The notes under the pieces were generated by a model. That model was not told where the DNA came from, made no database searches, and was given only the letters and a program-made list of their open reading frames with translations. The position numbers and the translations under genes are program-made. A stretch of 64,000 bases of DNA from Candidatus Moraniibacteriota bacterium (lineage in GTDB: Bacteria > Patescibacteriota > Minisyncoccia > Moranbacterales > UBA1568), in NCBI GenBank assembly GCA_016182385.1, contig JACPGV010000002.1, positions 55,553-119,552 of the forward strand, given 5' to 3'. Of the stretch, positions 44,282 to 53,809 are shown in pieces. The number at the start of each line of letters is the position of its first letter. Within the stretch, counting starts at the first letter, position 1.

Positions 44282-44608
44282 ATGAAAAAGATAGAGACGG
44301 CGCAAAATTTGCGCGTGAGAATTAAAATCAAGGCATACGATCATAAAGTGATCGACCAGTCCGCGCGTAAGATCGTTGAAACGGCCGAACGTACGGGCGC
44401 TCAGATTACCGGTCCGGTGCCTCTTCCTACGGAGATTCACAAGGTGACGGTAAATCGTTCGACCTTTGTTCACAAGAATTCTCGTGATCAGTACGAGATG
44501 CGGGTGCACAAGCGTTTGATCGATATCGTCAATCCTACTGCTAAAACTATCGACAATTTGACGAATCTTGATTTGCCGGCAGGGGTAGATGTAGAAATAA
44601 AAATGTAA
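44282..44608 (+). CDS. rpsJ: 30S ribosomal protein uS10
   Basis: [25 protein letters not shown]. Confidence 0.97.
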   Translation: MKKIETAQNLRVRIKIKAYDHKVIDQSARKIVETAERTGAQITGPVPLPTEIHKVTVNRSTFVHKNSRDQYEMRVHKRLIDIVNPTAKTIDNLTNLDLPAGVDVEIKM

Positions 44609-44861
44609 AGTAGAGAATGCGGTTTTTTGCAAATATACAAATTTTACGGAGAATAATCGATAAAACGATTGGTCTGTGAAGTTTGTAGATTTGTAAAGAT
44701 TTTCGTGGTCTACAAAAAAACTCGTTTGAGTCTCTTCCTTTTCAGGCATGTGGTGGAGGATGAGATACTAAGCGAAACCAAGTTTCAATTTTTGAGACTG
44801 GCTGGCTTAGCCCAGTTTTTTGTTTGTAAGTTGAAAAGTATAAGATACCGAAGACACGATC

Positions 44862-45470
44862 ATGAAATTTCTGATAGGAAAAAAACTTGGCATGACAACA
44901 CTTTTTGATGAAACAAAGGGTGCTTTGAACGTGACGCTTATCGTGTGTGATCAAAATACGGTTACATCGCATCGTACGATGGAAAAGGATGGGTATATGG
45001 CGGTACAGGTGGAAACGCAAAAGACCAAAAAAAAATCAGTTCGTAAAGAATTTCGTTTTGATAAGGGTATTGCCGCAGGTGAAGATCGGACCACTCTTCT
45101 TAAGGAGCTTGAACAATATACGGTTGGCGCTCCTCTCGATGTAGCATCCTTTTTGGTTGGAGAGCGAGTGCATATTACGGGCGTGACCAAGGCAAAAGGT
45201 TTTCAAGGCGTGGTGAAGAGACACGGTTTTGGAGGTGCTCCGGCGAGTCATGGTCGGAAACATGATATGCGAAAACCTGGTTCTATTGGGCCGACTTTTC
45301 CTGAGCACGTTATCAAGGGTCGTCGTATGGCCGGACGTATGGGTGGTGTCAATATGACGGTGCGCAATCTTTCTATCGCGTATGTTAATAAGGAAGAGGG
45401 TATTATCGCTGTTCGTGGTGCTGTCCCAGGAGTAAATGGCCGATTGCTTACCATAGTAAGCGCCAAGTAA
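44862..45470 (+). CDS. rplC: 50S ribosomal protein uL3
   Basis: GKKLGMT, KGFQGVVKRHGF, PGSIG, MAGRMG. Confidence 0.97.
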   Translation: MKFLIGKKLGMTTLFDETKGALNVTLIVCDQNTVTSHRTMEKDGYMAVQVETQKTKKKSVRKEFRFDKGIAAGEDRTTLLKELEQYTVGAPLDVASFLVGERVHITGVTKAKGFQGVVKRHGFGGAPASHGRKHDMRKPGSIGPTFPEHVIKGRRMAGRMGGVNMTVRNLSIAYVNKEEGIIAVRGAVPGVNGRLLTIVSAK

Positions 45471-45481
45471 TAAAGAAACGT

Positions 45482-46138
45482 ATGATGCGTGTTACGGTGA
45501 AAAACATAGCTGGAGAGGATGTTAAGGAAATCTCATTAAAAGATTTTATTTTTGATGTTCCTAAAAACGATGCCTTGGTTCACCAGGTATATGTAGCTCA
45601 GTCCGGCAATAAGCGGATTGCTATTGCTCACACAAAAGATCGAGCCGAACGTGCTGGTTCCGGTATTAAGCCGTGGCGACAAAAAGGTACCGGACGAGCC
45701 CGAAGCGGATCGGTACGGAGTCCGTTATGGCGAAAAGGTGGAGTGACGTTTGGTCCCACGAAGGATCGTAACTTTAGTAAAAATACCACTCATAAAATGC
45801 GCCAGAAGGCCACGATGATTGCTTTGAGTGAAAAGATTCGCCAGGGTGTCTTCATCGTGCTTGATGAATGGCGTTATACCGAAAAGAAAACAAAGCTTTT
45901 TGCTCATACTTTGAGTGCTCTCGGCGTTGGCAAGAAGAGCGCGTTACTCGCTCTTGCCGCTGATGAAAAACACGTGTCTCTTATGAGTCGCAATATTCCC
46001 AAAGTAGAGCATATGCCGGTAGAAGCTATCAACGTGCTCCAACTTCTTGATCGAGAGTATGTTGTTGTGACAGAAGCTGGTATCAAGGCATTGGAAGCGC
46101 GTTTTGCTGCTTGGGAACGACAAGAAACGAAACAATAA
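45482..46138 (+). CDS. rplD: 50S ribosomal protein uL4
   Basis: KPWRQKGTGRAR.GS.RSPLWR.GG..FGP. Confidence 0.97.
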   Translation: MMRVTVKNIAGEDVKEISLKDFIFDVPKNDALVHQVYVAQSGNKRIAIAHTKDRAERAGSGIKPWRQKGTGRARSGSVRSPLWRKGGVTFGPTKDRNFSKNTTHKMRQKATMIALSEKIRQGVFIVLDEWRYTEKKTKLFAHTLSALGVGKKSALLALAADEKHVSLMSRNIPKVEHMPVEAINVLQLLDREYVVVTEAGIKALEARFAAWERQETKQ

Positions 46139-46145
46139 AGAAACT

Positions 46146-46523
46146 ATGGCATTATTTAGCAATACAACTGAAGAAAAAACGACGAAAGAAAAAGCGGTCG
46201 CGACAGAGAAAAAAGTTGCTTCCGGTAAGGAGAGCGTTTTGGCTACTCGAGTTCTTGCTCGCCCGCGTATTACGGAAAAAGCGTATTCCTTGAATGCTTT
46301 TCGTCAGTATGTTTTTGTTGTAACGAAAGAGGCCACGAAAAAATCCGTGAAAAGGGCTATTGAAGAGGCATATGGTGTGCATGTAGAAAAGGTTCGCATG
46401 ATATGTTTGCCGGAAGAGACACGGGTATTTGGAAAAACGATGGGAAAGAGAAGTGCTATAAAAAAGGCGATTGTTACCTTACAGGAGGGAGAGTCACTGG
46501 AGTTGTTCAAAGGTGGAATGTAA
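46146..46523 (+). CDS. rplW: 50S ribosomal protein uL23 (N-terminal extension)
   Basis: P.ITEKA, YVFVV...ATK..VK.AIE..YGV.V, KKAIVTL. Confidence 0.93.
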   Translation: MALFSNTTEEKTTKEKAVATEKKVASGKESVLATRVLARPRITEKAYSLNAFRQYVFVVTKEATKKSVKRAIEEAYGVHVEKVRMICLPEETRVFGKTMGKRSAIKKAIVTLQEGESLELFKGGM

Positions 46524-46531
46524 AAAGAATT

Positions 46532-47359
46532 ATGGCAATAAAGATTTACAAAAAAAATACAGCCGGCCGGCGTTTTATGTCCATAGTAAAACCGGAAGGT
46601 ATTACCGATAAGGCTCCTGAGAAGTCTCTTTTGGCCGCGCACAAGAAAAGAGCCGGTCGTTCTGGTGGAAAGATTTCCGTTCGTCATCAGGGTGGTGGAC
46701 ACAAGCGTCGCTATCGAGTGATAGATTTTCGTCAAAATAAAATTGGCGTTCCCGGTCGGATAGCTCATTTGGAAAAAGATCCTAATCGTTCAGCTCTTAT
46801 TGCTTTGGTGCACTATGTTGATGGTGATAAACGGTATATTTTGGCTACTGACGGAATGAAGCAGGGTCAACATATCGTGACGGACGAAGGGGCACCGGTG
46901 GTCAATGGAAACCGTTTGTTGTTAAAAAACATTCCTGCCGGCTCAACTATTTGTAATATTGAATTGACCATCGGAAAGGGAGGACAAATTGTACGAAGCG
47001 CCGGATCGCAGGCGACACTTATGGCTCTTGATGGACCGATGGCTCAGGTAAAATTGAGCTCTGGTGAGGTACGTTTGGTAAATAAAAATTGTTATGCCAC
47101 TCTTGGACAAGTAAGCAACTTCGAACATAACGCCGAACGCATCGGAAAAGCCGGACGTGCTCGTTGGCTCAATCGTCGGCCGACTGTTCGTGGTACTGCT
47201 ATGAACCCGGTAGATCACCCTCATGGTGGTGGAGAGGGTCGTCAACCACTCGGTATGCATCCGAAGACTCCCTGGGGAAGACCGGCGCTTGGGAAAAAGA
47301 CAAGAAAAAAGAAACACCGGAGCAATAAGTATATTGTCAGTCGTCGTTCTAAAAAATAG
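46532..47359 (+). CDS. rplB: 50S ribosomal protein uL2
   Basis: GGGHKR.YR.IDF, DPNRSA.IAL, AMNPVDHPHGGGEG. Confidence 0.98.
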   Translation: MAIKIYKKNTAGRRFMSIVKPEGITDKAPEKSLLAAHKKRAGRSGGKISVRHQGGGHKRRYRVIDFRQNKIGVPGRIAHLEKDPNRSALIALVHYVDGDKRYILATDGMKQGQHIVTDEGAPVVNGNRLLLKNIPAGSTICNIELTIGKGGQIVRSAGSQATLMALDGPMAQVKLSSGEVRLVNKNCYATLGQVSNFEHNAERIGKAGRARWLNRRPTVRGTAMNPVDHPHGGGEGRQPLGMHPKTPWGRPALGKKTRKKKHRSNKYIVSRRSKK

Positions 47360-47382
47360 GATAGTCTAACACGTAGAAACGT

Positions 47383-47730
47383 ATGTCGAGAAGTCTCAAA
47401 AAAGGTCCCTATGTTGATCCTCGAGTGCTCAAAAAACTCGAAGGGAAAAAACTTGGTGATCGAACAATTATCAAAACATGGTCTCGGGCTTGTACAATCT
47501 CTCCGGAGATGATAGGCTTTACCTTTGGCGTGCATAATGGAAGGGAATTTGTTTCGGTTTTTGTCACCGAGGATATGGTGGGACATAAGCTTGGAGAGTT
47601 CTCTTCAACAAGGAAATTCCAACGTCATGGTGGTAAGATGCAGAAAGATTTGGAAGCGGCAGCCAAGCAACGAGAGCTCGATGCTGCCAAGGCTGCCAAG
47701 GCCGCTGCTCCAGTAGCTGGTAAAAAATAG
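47383..47730 (+). CDS. rpsS: 30S ribosomal protein uS19
   Basis: RSLKKGP, KTWSR, HNG, GHKLGEF. Confidence 0.97.
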   Translation: MSRSLKKGPYVDPRVLKKLEGKKLGDRTIIKTWSRACTISPEMIGFTFGVHNGREFVSVFVTEDMVGHKLGEFSSTRKFQRHGGKMQKDLEAAAKQRELDAAKAAKAAAPVAGKK

Positions 47731-47735
47731 CAATT

Positions 47736-48269
47736 ATGAAAGTATACGCAACACTCAACAATCTTCGTATTGCCCCTCGTAAGGTGCGTCTGGTGACACA
47801 CATGCTTGTTGGTGTTGATGCTCGTGAGGCTCTGGCGCAACTTGATAGACAGGCGAAGCGATCATCAAAACCGATTCAGACCTTGTTGAAAAGCGCTTTG
47901 GCCAATGCCACAAATAACTTTGGCTTGGACGAAAGCAACCTCTATATTTTTGAGGTATGTGTGGGAGATGGTTTGCGTTTGAAACGTTGGCTCCCGAAAG
48001 CTTTTGGTCGGGCAACCCCGCTTTTGCGTCGTGGTTCTAATGTTACCGTGGTGCTTGAAGAGAAGGTAGAAGGAAAAAACCGTATATTGAAAAAAGATAT
48101 AGCGGCAGAGGAAACGGTAAAAGAGGGAGAGGTGATTTCTAAGGAAAAGGAAGAAAAGAAATCTCACGTTCTTAAATCGGAAACAAAAACTCTTTCCGGA
48201 AAAGATATTTCCAAGAAAACAGCGAATAAAACAGCTATTAAAAAAGTATTTCAACGAAAATCCGTATAA
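47736..48269 (+). CDS. rplV: 50S ribosomal protein uL22 (long Lys/Glu-rich C-tail)
   Basis: RIAPRKVRLV, LLKSALANA, LKRW.P.A.GRA. Confidence 0.95.
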   Translation: MKVYATLNNLRIAPRKVRLVTHMLVGVDAREALAQLDRQAKRSSKPIQTLLKSALANATNNFGLDESNLYIFEVCVGDGLRLKRWLPKAFGRATPLLRRGSNVTVVLEEKVEGKNRILKKDIAAEETVKEGEVISKEKEEKKSHVLKSETKTLSGKDISKKTANKTAIKKVFQRKSV

Positions 48270-48284
48270 ATCATACACAGTGTT

Positions 48285-48935
48285 ATGGGTCATAAAGTTA
48301 ATCCAACAGGTATTCGTATCGGTATCACGACCAATTGGCAGTCGCGTTGGTTTGGTGTGAAAAAAAATTACCGAGAACAACTGCGCAAGGACGTGGAGAT
48401 CCGCGAGCTTATTATGAGTAAATGGAAGGCCGCGGCTATTTCTTCCGTGGAAATTGAGCGTTCGGCGAACGCGGTTCGCCTTATGGTTCATACGGCGCGC
48501 CCGGGAGTGCTTATCGGTCGTGGTGGTACTGGCATTGAAGATTTGACCCGAGTTGTTCGTAAGAGATTTTTTGCCGGGAAAAAAGTTGAACTCAAGGTTG
48601 AGGTGCAGGAGGTAAAGAATCCGGAAATGAACGCGATGCTTGTCGGACAGCAGGTCGCCGAGCAACTGGAGAAGCGCATGCCTTTTCGACGGGTATTAAA
48701 GGGTATGCTTGATCAGGTAGAGGCAAACAAGGCCGTACAAGGAGTAAAGATAGAAATTGCCGGACGTTTGGGTGGCGCGGAAATGTCTCGTCGGGAATGG
48801 CTTTCTCGTGGAAAAATTCCTCTTCATACATTGCGAGCCGATATTGATTTTGCCCGGACGGAAGCAAGAACGACGTATGGGGTTATCGGAGTGAAGACAT
48901 GGATTTATAAAGGAGAAAAGTTTTCCGAGATTTAA
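48285..48935 (+). CDS. rpsC: 30S ribosomal protein uS3
   Basis: MGHKVNP.G.R.G, GRLGGAEMSR, PLHTLRADID. Confidence 0.98.
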   Translation: MGHKVNPTGIRIGITTNWQSRWFGVKKNYREQLRKDVEIRELIMSKWKAAAISSVEIERSANAVRLMVHTARPGVLIGRGGTGIEDLTRVVRKRFFAGKKVELKVEVQEVKNPEMNAMLVGQQVAEQLEKRMPFRRVLKGMLDQVEANKAVQGVKIEIAGRLGGAEMSRREWLSRGKIPLHTLRADIDFARTEARTTYGVIGVKTWIYKGEKFSEI

Positions 48936-48978
48936 AAAAAGAATGAAAGAGATGCAACAGCAATAAAGAGCACTGTTT

Positions 48979-49389
48979 ATGTTAATGCCAAGAAAAGTAA
49001 AACATAGAAAGATTCATCGCGGTGGCTGGTCCGGAGGAAAGGCGACAAGCGGCGATAAGGTGAGTTTTGGAAGTTATGGCCTCAAAGCAACCGAAGAGGG
49101 TCTTGTTTCCGCTCGCCAAATTGAAGCGGCGCGTCGAGCGATGACTCGTTCTATCCAGCGTGGAGGCAAGGTGTGGATTCGCATTTTTCCTGATAAGCCG
49201 ATGACAAAAAAAGGGGAGCAAACACCAATGGGAAAAGGAAAAGGAAGCGTGGATCATTTTGTTGCCAAAATCAGAGCCGGAAAGATGTTGTTTGAACTCG
49301 ATGGTATCGCTAAGGAAACAGCAGCAGAAGCGATGCGTTTGGCGGCACACAAGTTGGCGATAAAAACCAAGTTTGTGGAGCGACAGTAA
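48979..49389 (+). CDS. rplP: 50S ribosomal protein uL16
   Basis: [22 protein letters not shown]. Confidence 0.97.
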   Translation: MLMPRKVKHRKIHRGGWSGGKATSGDKVSFGSYGLKATEEGLVSARQIEAARRAMTRSIQRGGKVWIRIFPDKPMTKKGEQTPMGKGKGSVDHFVAKIRAGKMLFELDGIAKETAAEAMRLAAHKLAIKTKFVERQ

Positions 49390-49416
49390 GAGAAGAGTAT
49401 TTATGAATCAAGAAAT

Positions 49417-49635
49417 ATGAAAGCAAAAGAGTGGCGGGAAAAATCGAGCGGTGAAAGAGAAAAGATGATCGCGGAATTGCGTGATAAATTGCGCACGGTT
49501 CGTTTTGGTTTGGTAACTCGCGAAATAAAAAATAACAGTGAGTATCAAAAGATAAAAAAAGATATTGCTCGTCTCCTCACTCTGCAGAGAGAAGATTTCG
49601 ATGAAACATCTGATGTTAAGAAAAATATCGTATGA
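49417..49635 (+). CDS. rpmC: 50S ribosomal protein uL29
   Basis: KAKE.R, RF...., KKDIARLLT, and operon position. Confidence 0.9.
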   Translation: MKAKEWREKSSGEREKMIAELRDKLRTVRFGLVTREIKNNSEYQKIKKDIARLLTLQREDFDETSDVKKNIV

Positions 49636-49892
49636 ACACTCAAGCGACAGCACAAAAAGTAAAGAAGGCGCCAAAGATGAGCGGCGTTGTGGTGAGTAAC
49701 AAGATGGTAAAAACCATCGTGGTTGCCGTTGACACATTGAAAACGCATCCGAAATACTTGAAACAGTATCGTTCAACGAAGAAATATAAAGTTCATACAG
49801 AAGGAAATCATGCGATAGGAGAGAAAGTGGTATTTCAGGAGTGCCGACCGATAAGTAAGGACAAGCGTCACAAAATAGTTACTGAAGAATAA
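49632..49892 (+). CDS. rpsQ: 30S ribosomal protein uS17
   Basis: GVVVS.KM.KT.VV, HPKY.K, ECRPISK.K. Confidence 0.96.
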   Translation: MNTQATAQKVKKAPKMSGVVVSNKMVKTIVVAVDTLKTHPKYLKQYRSTKKYKVHTEGNHAIGEKVVFQECRPISKDKRHKIVTEE

Positions 49893-49897
49893 CGAGT

Positions 49898-50269
49898 ATG
49901 ATTCAAGCGGAAACATGGTTAAAAGTAGCAGATAACACCGGCGCTAAAATGATCGAGTGTTTTAAGGTGCTCGGCGGTACTCGTCGACGGTATGCGACGC
50001 TTGGTGATATCGTTGTGGCGTCTGTGAAATTTGCCGAGCCGCGTGGTATGGTGAAAAAGGGCGATAAGGTAAAAGCGGTTATTGTGCGTCAGGTAAAGAT
50101 GTATCGACGCAAAGATAATTCTTACATTCGATTTGATGAAAATGCTGCCGTTATCCTTGAGGCAAATAATATTGATCCCAAAGGGACGCGTATTTTTGGA
50201 CCAGTGGCTCGTGAATTGCGTGAGAAAGGTTTCGCTAAAATCGTATCTCTCGCTCCGGAAGTTCTCTAA
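49898..50269 (+). CDS. rplN: 50S ribosomal protein uL14
   Basis: [27 protein letters not shown]. Confidence 0.98.
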   Translation: MIQAETWLKVADNTGAKMIECFKVLGGTRRRYATLGDIVVASVKFAEPRGMVKKGDKVKAVIVRQVKMYRRKDNSYIRFDENAAVILEANNIDPKGTRIFGPVARELREKGFAKIVSLAPEVL

Positions 50270-50282
50270 TGTTTTTACGATT

Positions 50283-50588
50283 ATGAAGATTAAGAAAAAT
50301 GATCAAGTGGAAATAATAGCTGGTAAAGATCGCGGAAAACGCGGTGAGGTTTTGCGTGTTTTTCCGGGGTTGGAGAAAGTGATTGTAAAAGGAGCCAATG
50401 TGATGAAGCGCCACATTCGTTCTCGGCGCGATGGAGAGAAAGGTCAACGCGTAGAAAAAGAGATGCCGATACATGTTTCCAACGTTATGCTCGTCTGTCC
50501 TCATACTGACAAGCCAACCCGTGTGGGATATGTTTTTCAGGGAGGTGAGAGAGCGCGAATGAGTAAACAGTCGAAGAAAACTATCTAA
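50283..50588 (+). CDS. rplX: 50S ribosomal protein uL24
   Basis: KIKKND.V.II.GKDRGK.G, EMPIHVSNV. Confidence 0.96.
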   Translation: MKIKKNDQVEIIAGKDRGKRGEVLRVFPGLEKVIVKGANVMKRHIRSRRDGEKGQRVEKEMPIHVSNVMLVCPHTDKPTRVGYVFQGGERARMSKQSKKTI

Positions 50589-50604
50589 GTGAGAGAGATT
50601 GCAT

Positions 50605-51171
50605 ATGAAAATGCCACGTATAAAACAAGTGTATAAGGAAAAAGCGATACCCGGGTTAAAGAAAGAACTTGGTATTGAAAATCCGATGGCTATACCACGT
50701 CTTGCCAAGGTGGTTGTTAACGTTGGAGTAGGAAAGATTCTCAAAGACACTAAGCGCGTGGAAGACGTGATTGCTTCTCTGGAGGCTATAACCGGTCAAA
50801 AGGTAGTGCAAACAAAAGCGCGTAAAGCTATCGCTGGTTTCAAGACACGTGAAGGACTGGAAATTGGAGTGCGAGTAACGCTGCATGGCGCGCGGATGTG
50901 GGATTTCCTGGACAGGCTTTTTCATGTGGCATTACCGCGAGTCCGTGATTTTCAGGGTATTCAGAGAAGTGCTATTGATAAGAGCGGTAATGGAAACATT
51001 GGTATCAAAGAACACACGGTTTTTCCAGAAATTGTTCCCGAAAAAGTTCAGCATATTTTCAGTTTTCAAATTAATATTGTAACGACGGCAAAAAATAAAA
51101 AAGAAGGTGAAGCCTTGTTTCGCCTGATCGGACTTCCTTTGCGACAAGAAGAAGATAAACAAGAGAAATAA
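50605..51171 (+). CDS. rplE: 50S ribosomal protein uL5
   Basis: PRL.KVVVNVGVG, ITGQK, LPRVRDF.G, FPEI. Confidence 0.97.
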   Translation: MKMPRIKQVYKEKAIPGLKKELGIENPMAIPRLAKVVVNVGVGKILKDTKRVEDVIASLEAITGQKVVQTKARKAIAGFKTREGLEIGVRVTLHGARMWDFLDRLFHVALPRVRDFQGIQRSAIDKSGNGNIGIKEHTVFPEIVPEKVQHIFSFQINIVTTAKNKKEGEALFRLIGLPLRQEEDKQEK

Positions 51172-51192
51172 CATGATACAAGAGTAATTTTT

Positions 51193-51378
51193 ATGGCCAA
51201 AACATCTACAGCTGCACGAGCGCTTAAAACCCCGAAATTTTCCACCCGTATTGTCAGACGGTGTTGGAAGTGTGGTCGGAAGCGGGGATACCTGCGCCAA
51301 TTTGATATATGCCGTATTTGTTTTCGTGAACTGGCTAATACCGGTGAGATTCCCGGAGTGAAGAAGGCCTCCTGGTAG
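51193..51378 (+). CDS. rpsN: 30S ribosomal protein uS14, Zn-binding type
   Basis: [18 protein letters not shown]...GEIPGV.KASW. Confidence 0.97.
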   Translation: MAKTSTAARALKTPKFSTRIVRRCWKCGRKRGYLRQFDICRICFRELANTGEIPGVKKASW

Positions 51379-51411
51379 TTAATAGCTAATGCCCTTAATG
51401 TTCGTAAAGAT

Positions 51412-51819
51412 ATGCTTGATCCAATCGCAGACATGTTAACAAGAATTCGAAACGCGCAGGCCGCCGGTCACGCGAGCGTTTCTTTGCGCTCCTCGAAACT
51501 AAAATTTATTATTGCCGGGATTTTGGAAAAAGAGGGTTTTGTTGACCGTGTTGAAAAAATCAAGGATGAAAAAAATCTGGAAACCCTTACTGTTTGGCTT
51601 AAATACACGAAAGTTTCTCAAACACAAAAGGTTCCTGCGATTCGTGAAATATCTCGAGTAAGCAAACAAGGATGCCGTATTTACGTGAAAAATGGAGATA
51701 TTAAGAAGGTGAAAAATGGTTATGGTATCGCTATCGTTTCAACATCGCAAGGGGTAATGACGGGCGGTGAGGCCTTTGCCAAAGGTTTGGGCGGCGAATA
51801 TATTTGTAAGGTTTGGTAG
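51412..51819 (+). CDS. rpsH: 30S ribosomal protein uS8
   Basis: DPIADMLTRIRNA, STSQGVMT, GGE.IC.VW. Confidence 0.97.
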   Translation: MLDPIADMLTRIRNAQAAGHASVSLRSSKLKFIIAGILEKEGFVDRVEKIKDEKNLETLTVWLKYTKVSQTQKVPAIREISRVSKQGCRIYVKNGDIKKVKNGYGIAIVSTSQGVMTGGEAFAKGLGGEYICKVW

Positions 51820-51847
51820 TGAATAAAAAGAGCATAAGATTGTTATT

Positions 51848-52384
51848 ATGAGCAGAATTGGAAAAAAACCAGTACATATTCCGGACAATGTGGAAGTAAA
51901 AATTTCCGCCAATGTGGTGGATGTGAAAGGACCGAAAGGCACCCTCCAATTTGTGCATCGTCGCGAGGTGAAGGTCATGATTGGCGAAAAAGAAGTATTG
52001 GTGGAAAAAATCGGTGAAACAAAAAAAGCCAGCGCTATTTGGGGGACAACAGCCAAGGTAATTGCTAACATGATACAGGGTGTAACGGTTGGTTTTCAAA
52101 AGCAATTGGAATTGAATGGAGTAGGGTTTCGTATGGCCGCGCAAGGAAAGAAGCTCAATATGGCTCTTGGATTTTCTCATCCCGTGGAACAGGTTTTGCC
52201 GGAGGGGATAGACGCGAAGATCGAAAACAATATTTTGACGCTTTCCGGTATCGATAAACAAAAAGTCGGTCAATTTGCCGCGGTTGTTCGTAAATTAAAA
52301 CCGGTAGAACCGTACAAGGGAAAAGGTTTCCGTTATGTGGGAGAGGTTGTTCGTCGTAAAGAAGGTAAAAAGGCGGCTGCCTAG
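51848..52384 (+). CDS. rplF: 50S ribosomal protein uL6
   Basis: MSRIGK.P, KGPKG.L, LGFSHP, EPYKGKG.RY. Confidence 0.98.
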   Translation: MSRIGKKPVHIPDNVEVKISANVVDVKGPKGTLQFVHRREVKVMIGEKEVLVEKIGETKKASAIWGTTAKVIANMIQGVTVGFQKQLELNGVGFRMAAQGKKLNMALGFSHPVEQVLPEGIDAKIENNILTLSGIDKQKVGQFAAVVRKLKPVEPYKGKGFRYVGEVVRRKEGKKAAA

Positions 52385-52421
52385 AGAGGGGCCGGAAGTT
52401 AACAGCTATAAGCATCGTATT

Positions 52422-52778
52422 ATGTTACAACGAGAGAGAAGAGCAGAAAAAAGAAAAGAGCGTAAGCGTCGTGTACGCGCCAAGATAAGCGGTACGGCTT
52501 CTTGTCCGCGTCTTTCCGTGTTTCGCAGTTTGCGGAATATTTCTGTTCAGGCTATTGATGATGAGACAGGAAAGACAGTAGCGCAAGCGAGTTTGCGTGA
52601 TGCCGGAAAAAATTCAACGAATTCTGTTGAAGGAGCTGCGGCTGTTGGAAAGATTATTGCTGAGCGTTTAGTAGAGCTTGGCGTGGAGAAAGCCGTGTTT
52701 GATCGTTCCGGGTATAAATATCACGGAAAAGTGAAAGCGCTCGCTGAAGCCGCGCGTGCCAATGGACTTACATTTTAA
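52422..52778 (+). CDS. rplR: 50S ribosomal protein uL18
   Basis: [28 protein letters not shown]. Confidence 0.96.
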   Translation: MLQRERRAEKRKERKRRVRAKISGTASCPRLSVFRSLRNISVQAIDDETGKTVAQASLRDAGKNSTNSVEGAAAVGKIIAERLVELGVEKAVFDRSGYKYHGKVKALAEAARANGLTF

Positions 52779-52805
52779 GGGATAATTTAGAAACGAACGT
52801 ATTTT

Positions 52806-53318
52806 ATGGCAAAGCAAGCAAAAAAAATGGGAAGACGAGAGAAACCGGAGTTTGATCAAAAACTCCTCGATTTGGCGCGCGTTACTCGTGTAGTAAAAGG
52901 AGGGCGTCGTTTTCGCTTTCGTGCCACGCTTGTTATCGGTAACCGCAAAGGAAAAGTGGGAGTGGGTATCGCCAAGGGTTCCGATGTTTCTGATGCTATC
53001 CAGAAGGCTTTTAACGATGCTAAGAAAAATATGATTACCGTTGATTTAGCCGGTTCAACGATTTCTCATGATGTCACCGCAAAACTTGGAAGTGCCAAAG
53101 TGCTTTTGAAGCCAGCGTCTGAGGGTCAGGGAGTTATTGCTGGAGGAGCCGTGCGTGCGGTAGTGGATCTTTTGGGCGTGAAAGACGTTGTGTCAAAATC
53201 TTTGGGCGCATCCAATCCGCTCAATGTGGCTCGTGTTACTATTAAAGCATTGTTGCAGTTGAAGGCACCACGCGTTCAAGAGAAAAAAGAGGAAAATACT
53301 CCTGTTCTTACCGCCTAA
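52806..53318 (+). CDS. rpsE: 30S ribosomal protein uS5
   Basis: RV..VVKGGRRFRF, PA..G.GVIAGG.VR, KSLG..N..N. Confidence 0.97.
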   Translation: MAKQAKKMGRREKPEFDQKLLDLARVTRVVKGGRRFRFRATLVIGNRKGKVGVGIAKGSDVSDAIQKAFNDAKKNMITVDLAGSTISHDVTAKLGSAKVLLKPASEGQGVIAGGAVRAVVDLLGVKDVVSKSLGASNPLNVARVTIKALLQLKAPRVQEKKEENTPVLTA

Positions 53319-53339
53319 AGATTTTTAAGTTTTACAAGT

Positions 53340-53765
53340 ATGCAGATTCATCAATTGAAAGTAGCAAAAAAACAAGAGCGAAAACGCATTGGTCGTGGCG
53401 GAAAGCGAGGAAAGACATCTGGCCGTGGAAGCAAGGGTCAGAAATCTCGTTCTGGTGTTTCCATAGACCCGTTGTTTGAAGGTGGAAGATCCACATTTCT
53501 TGAGCGCTTAAAAAAAGTGCGTGGATTCAAATCTATTCATCCGAAAAAATGCGTTGTGACGCTTGCTTTGTTGGAACGATCCTATAGCGATAAAGAAACC
53601 GTTACCCTCGCTTCTTTGGTAGAAAAAAGGGTGGTTTCCAAAAAAGCTCTTTCCTCAGGGGCAAAAATTGTTGCCAGCGGAACATTAAAAAAGAAGCTTT
53701 TTCTTGGTAACGACGTGGCAGCTTCGGAAAAGGCTCGCACATTCTTTCAAACCACCGCAAAGTAG
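53340..53765 (+). CDS. rplO: 50S ribosomal protein uL15
   Basis: RIGRG...GKTSGRG.KGQKSRSG....FEGG. Confidence 0.93.
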   Translation: MQIHQLKVAKKQERKRIGRGGKRGKTSGRGSKGQKSRSGVSIDPLFEGGRSTFLERLKKVRGFKSIHPKKCVVTLALLERSYSDKETVTLASLVEKRVVSKKALSSGAKIVASGTLKKKLFLGNDVAASEKARTFFQTTAK

Positions 53766-53809
53766 GATATACTGCTCTTTGAGGGAGTCAATATATTTTT
53801 CTTTTTCTC

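Noticed and set aside
42068-44749. Long antisense ORFs (e.g. 42981..44282, 42068..42880, 43988..44749) and similar shadow ORFs across the window
   Set aside because: They lie opposite highly conserved genes and show no motifs, as expected from codon bias.
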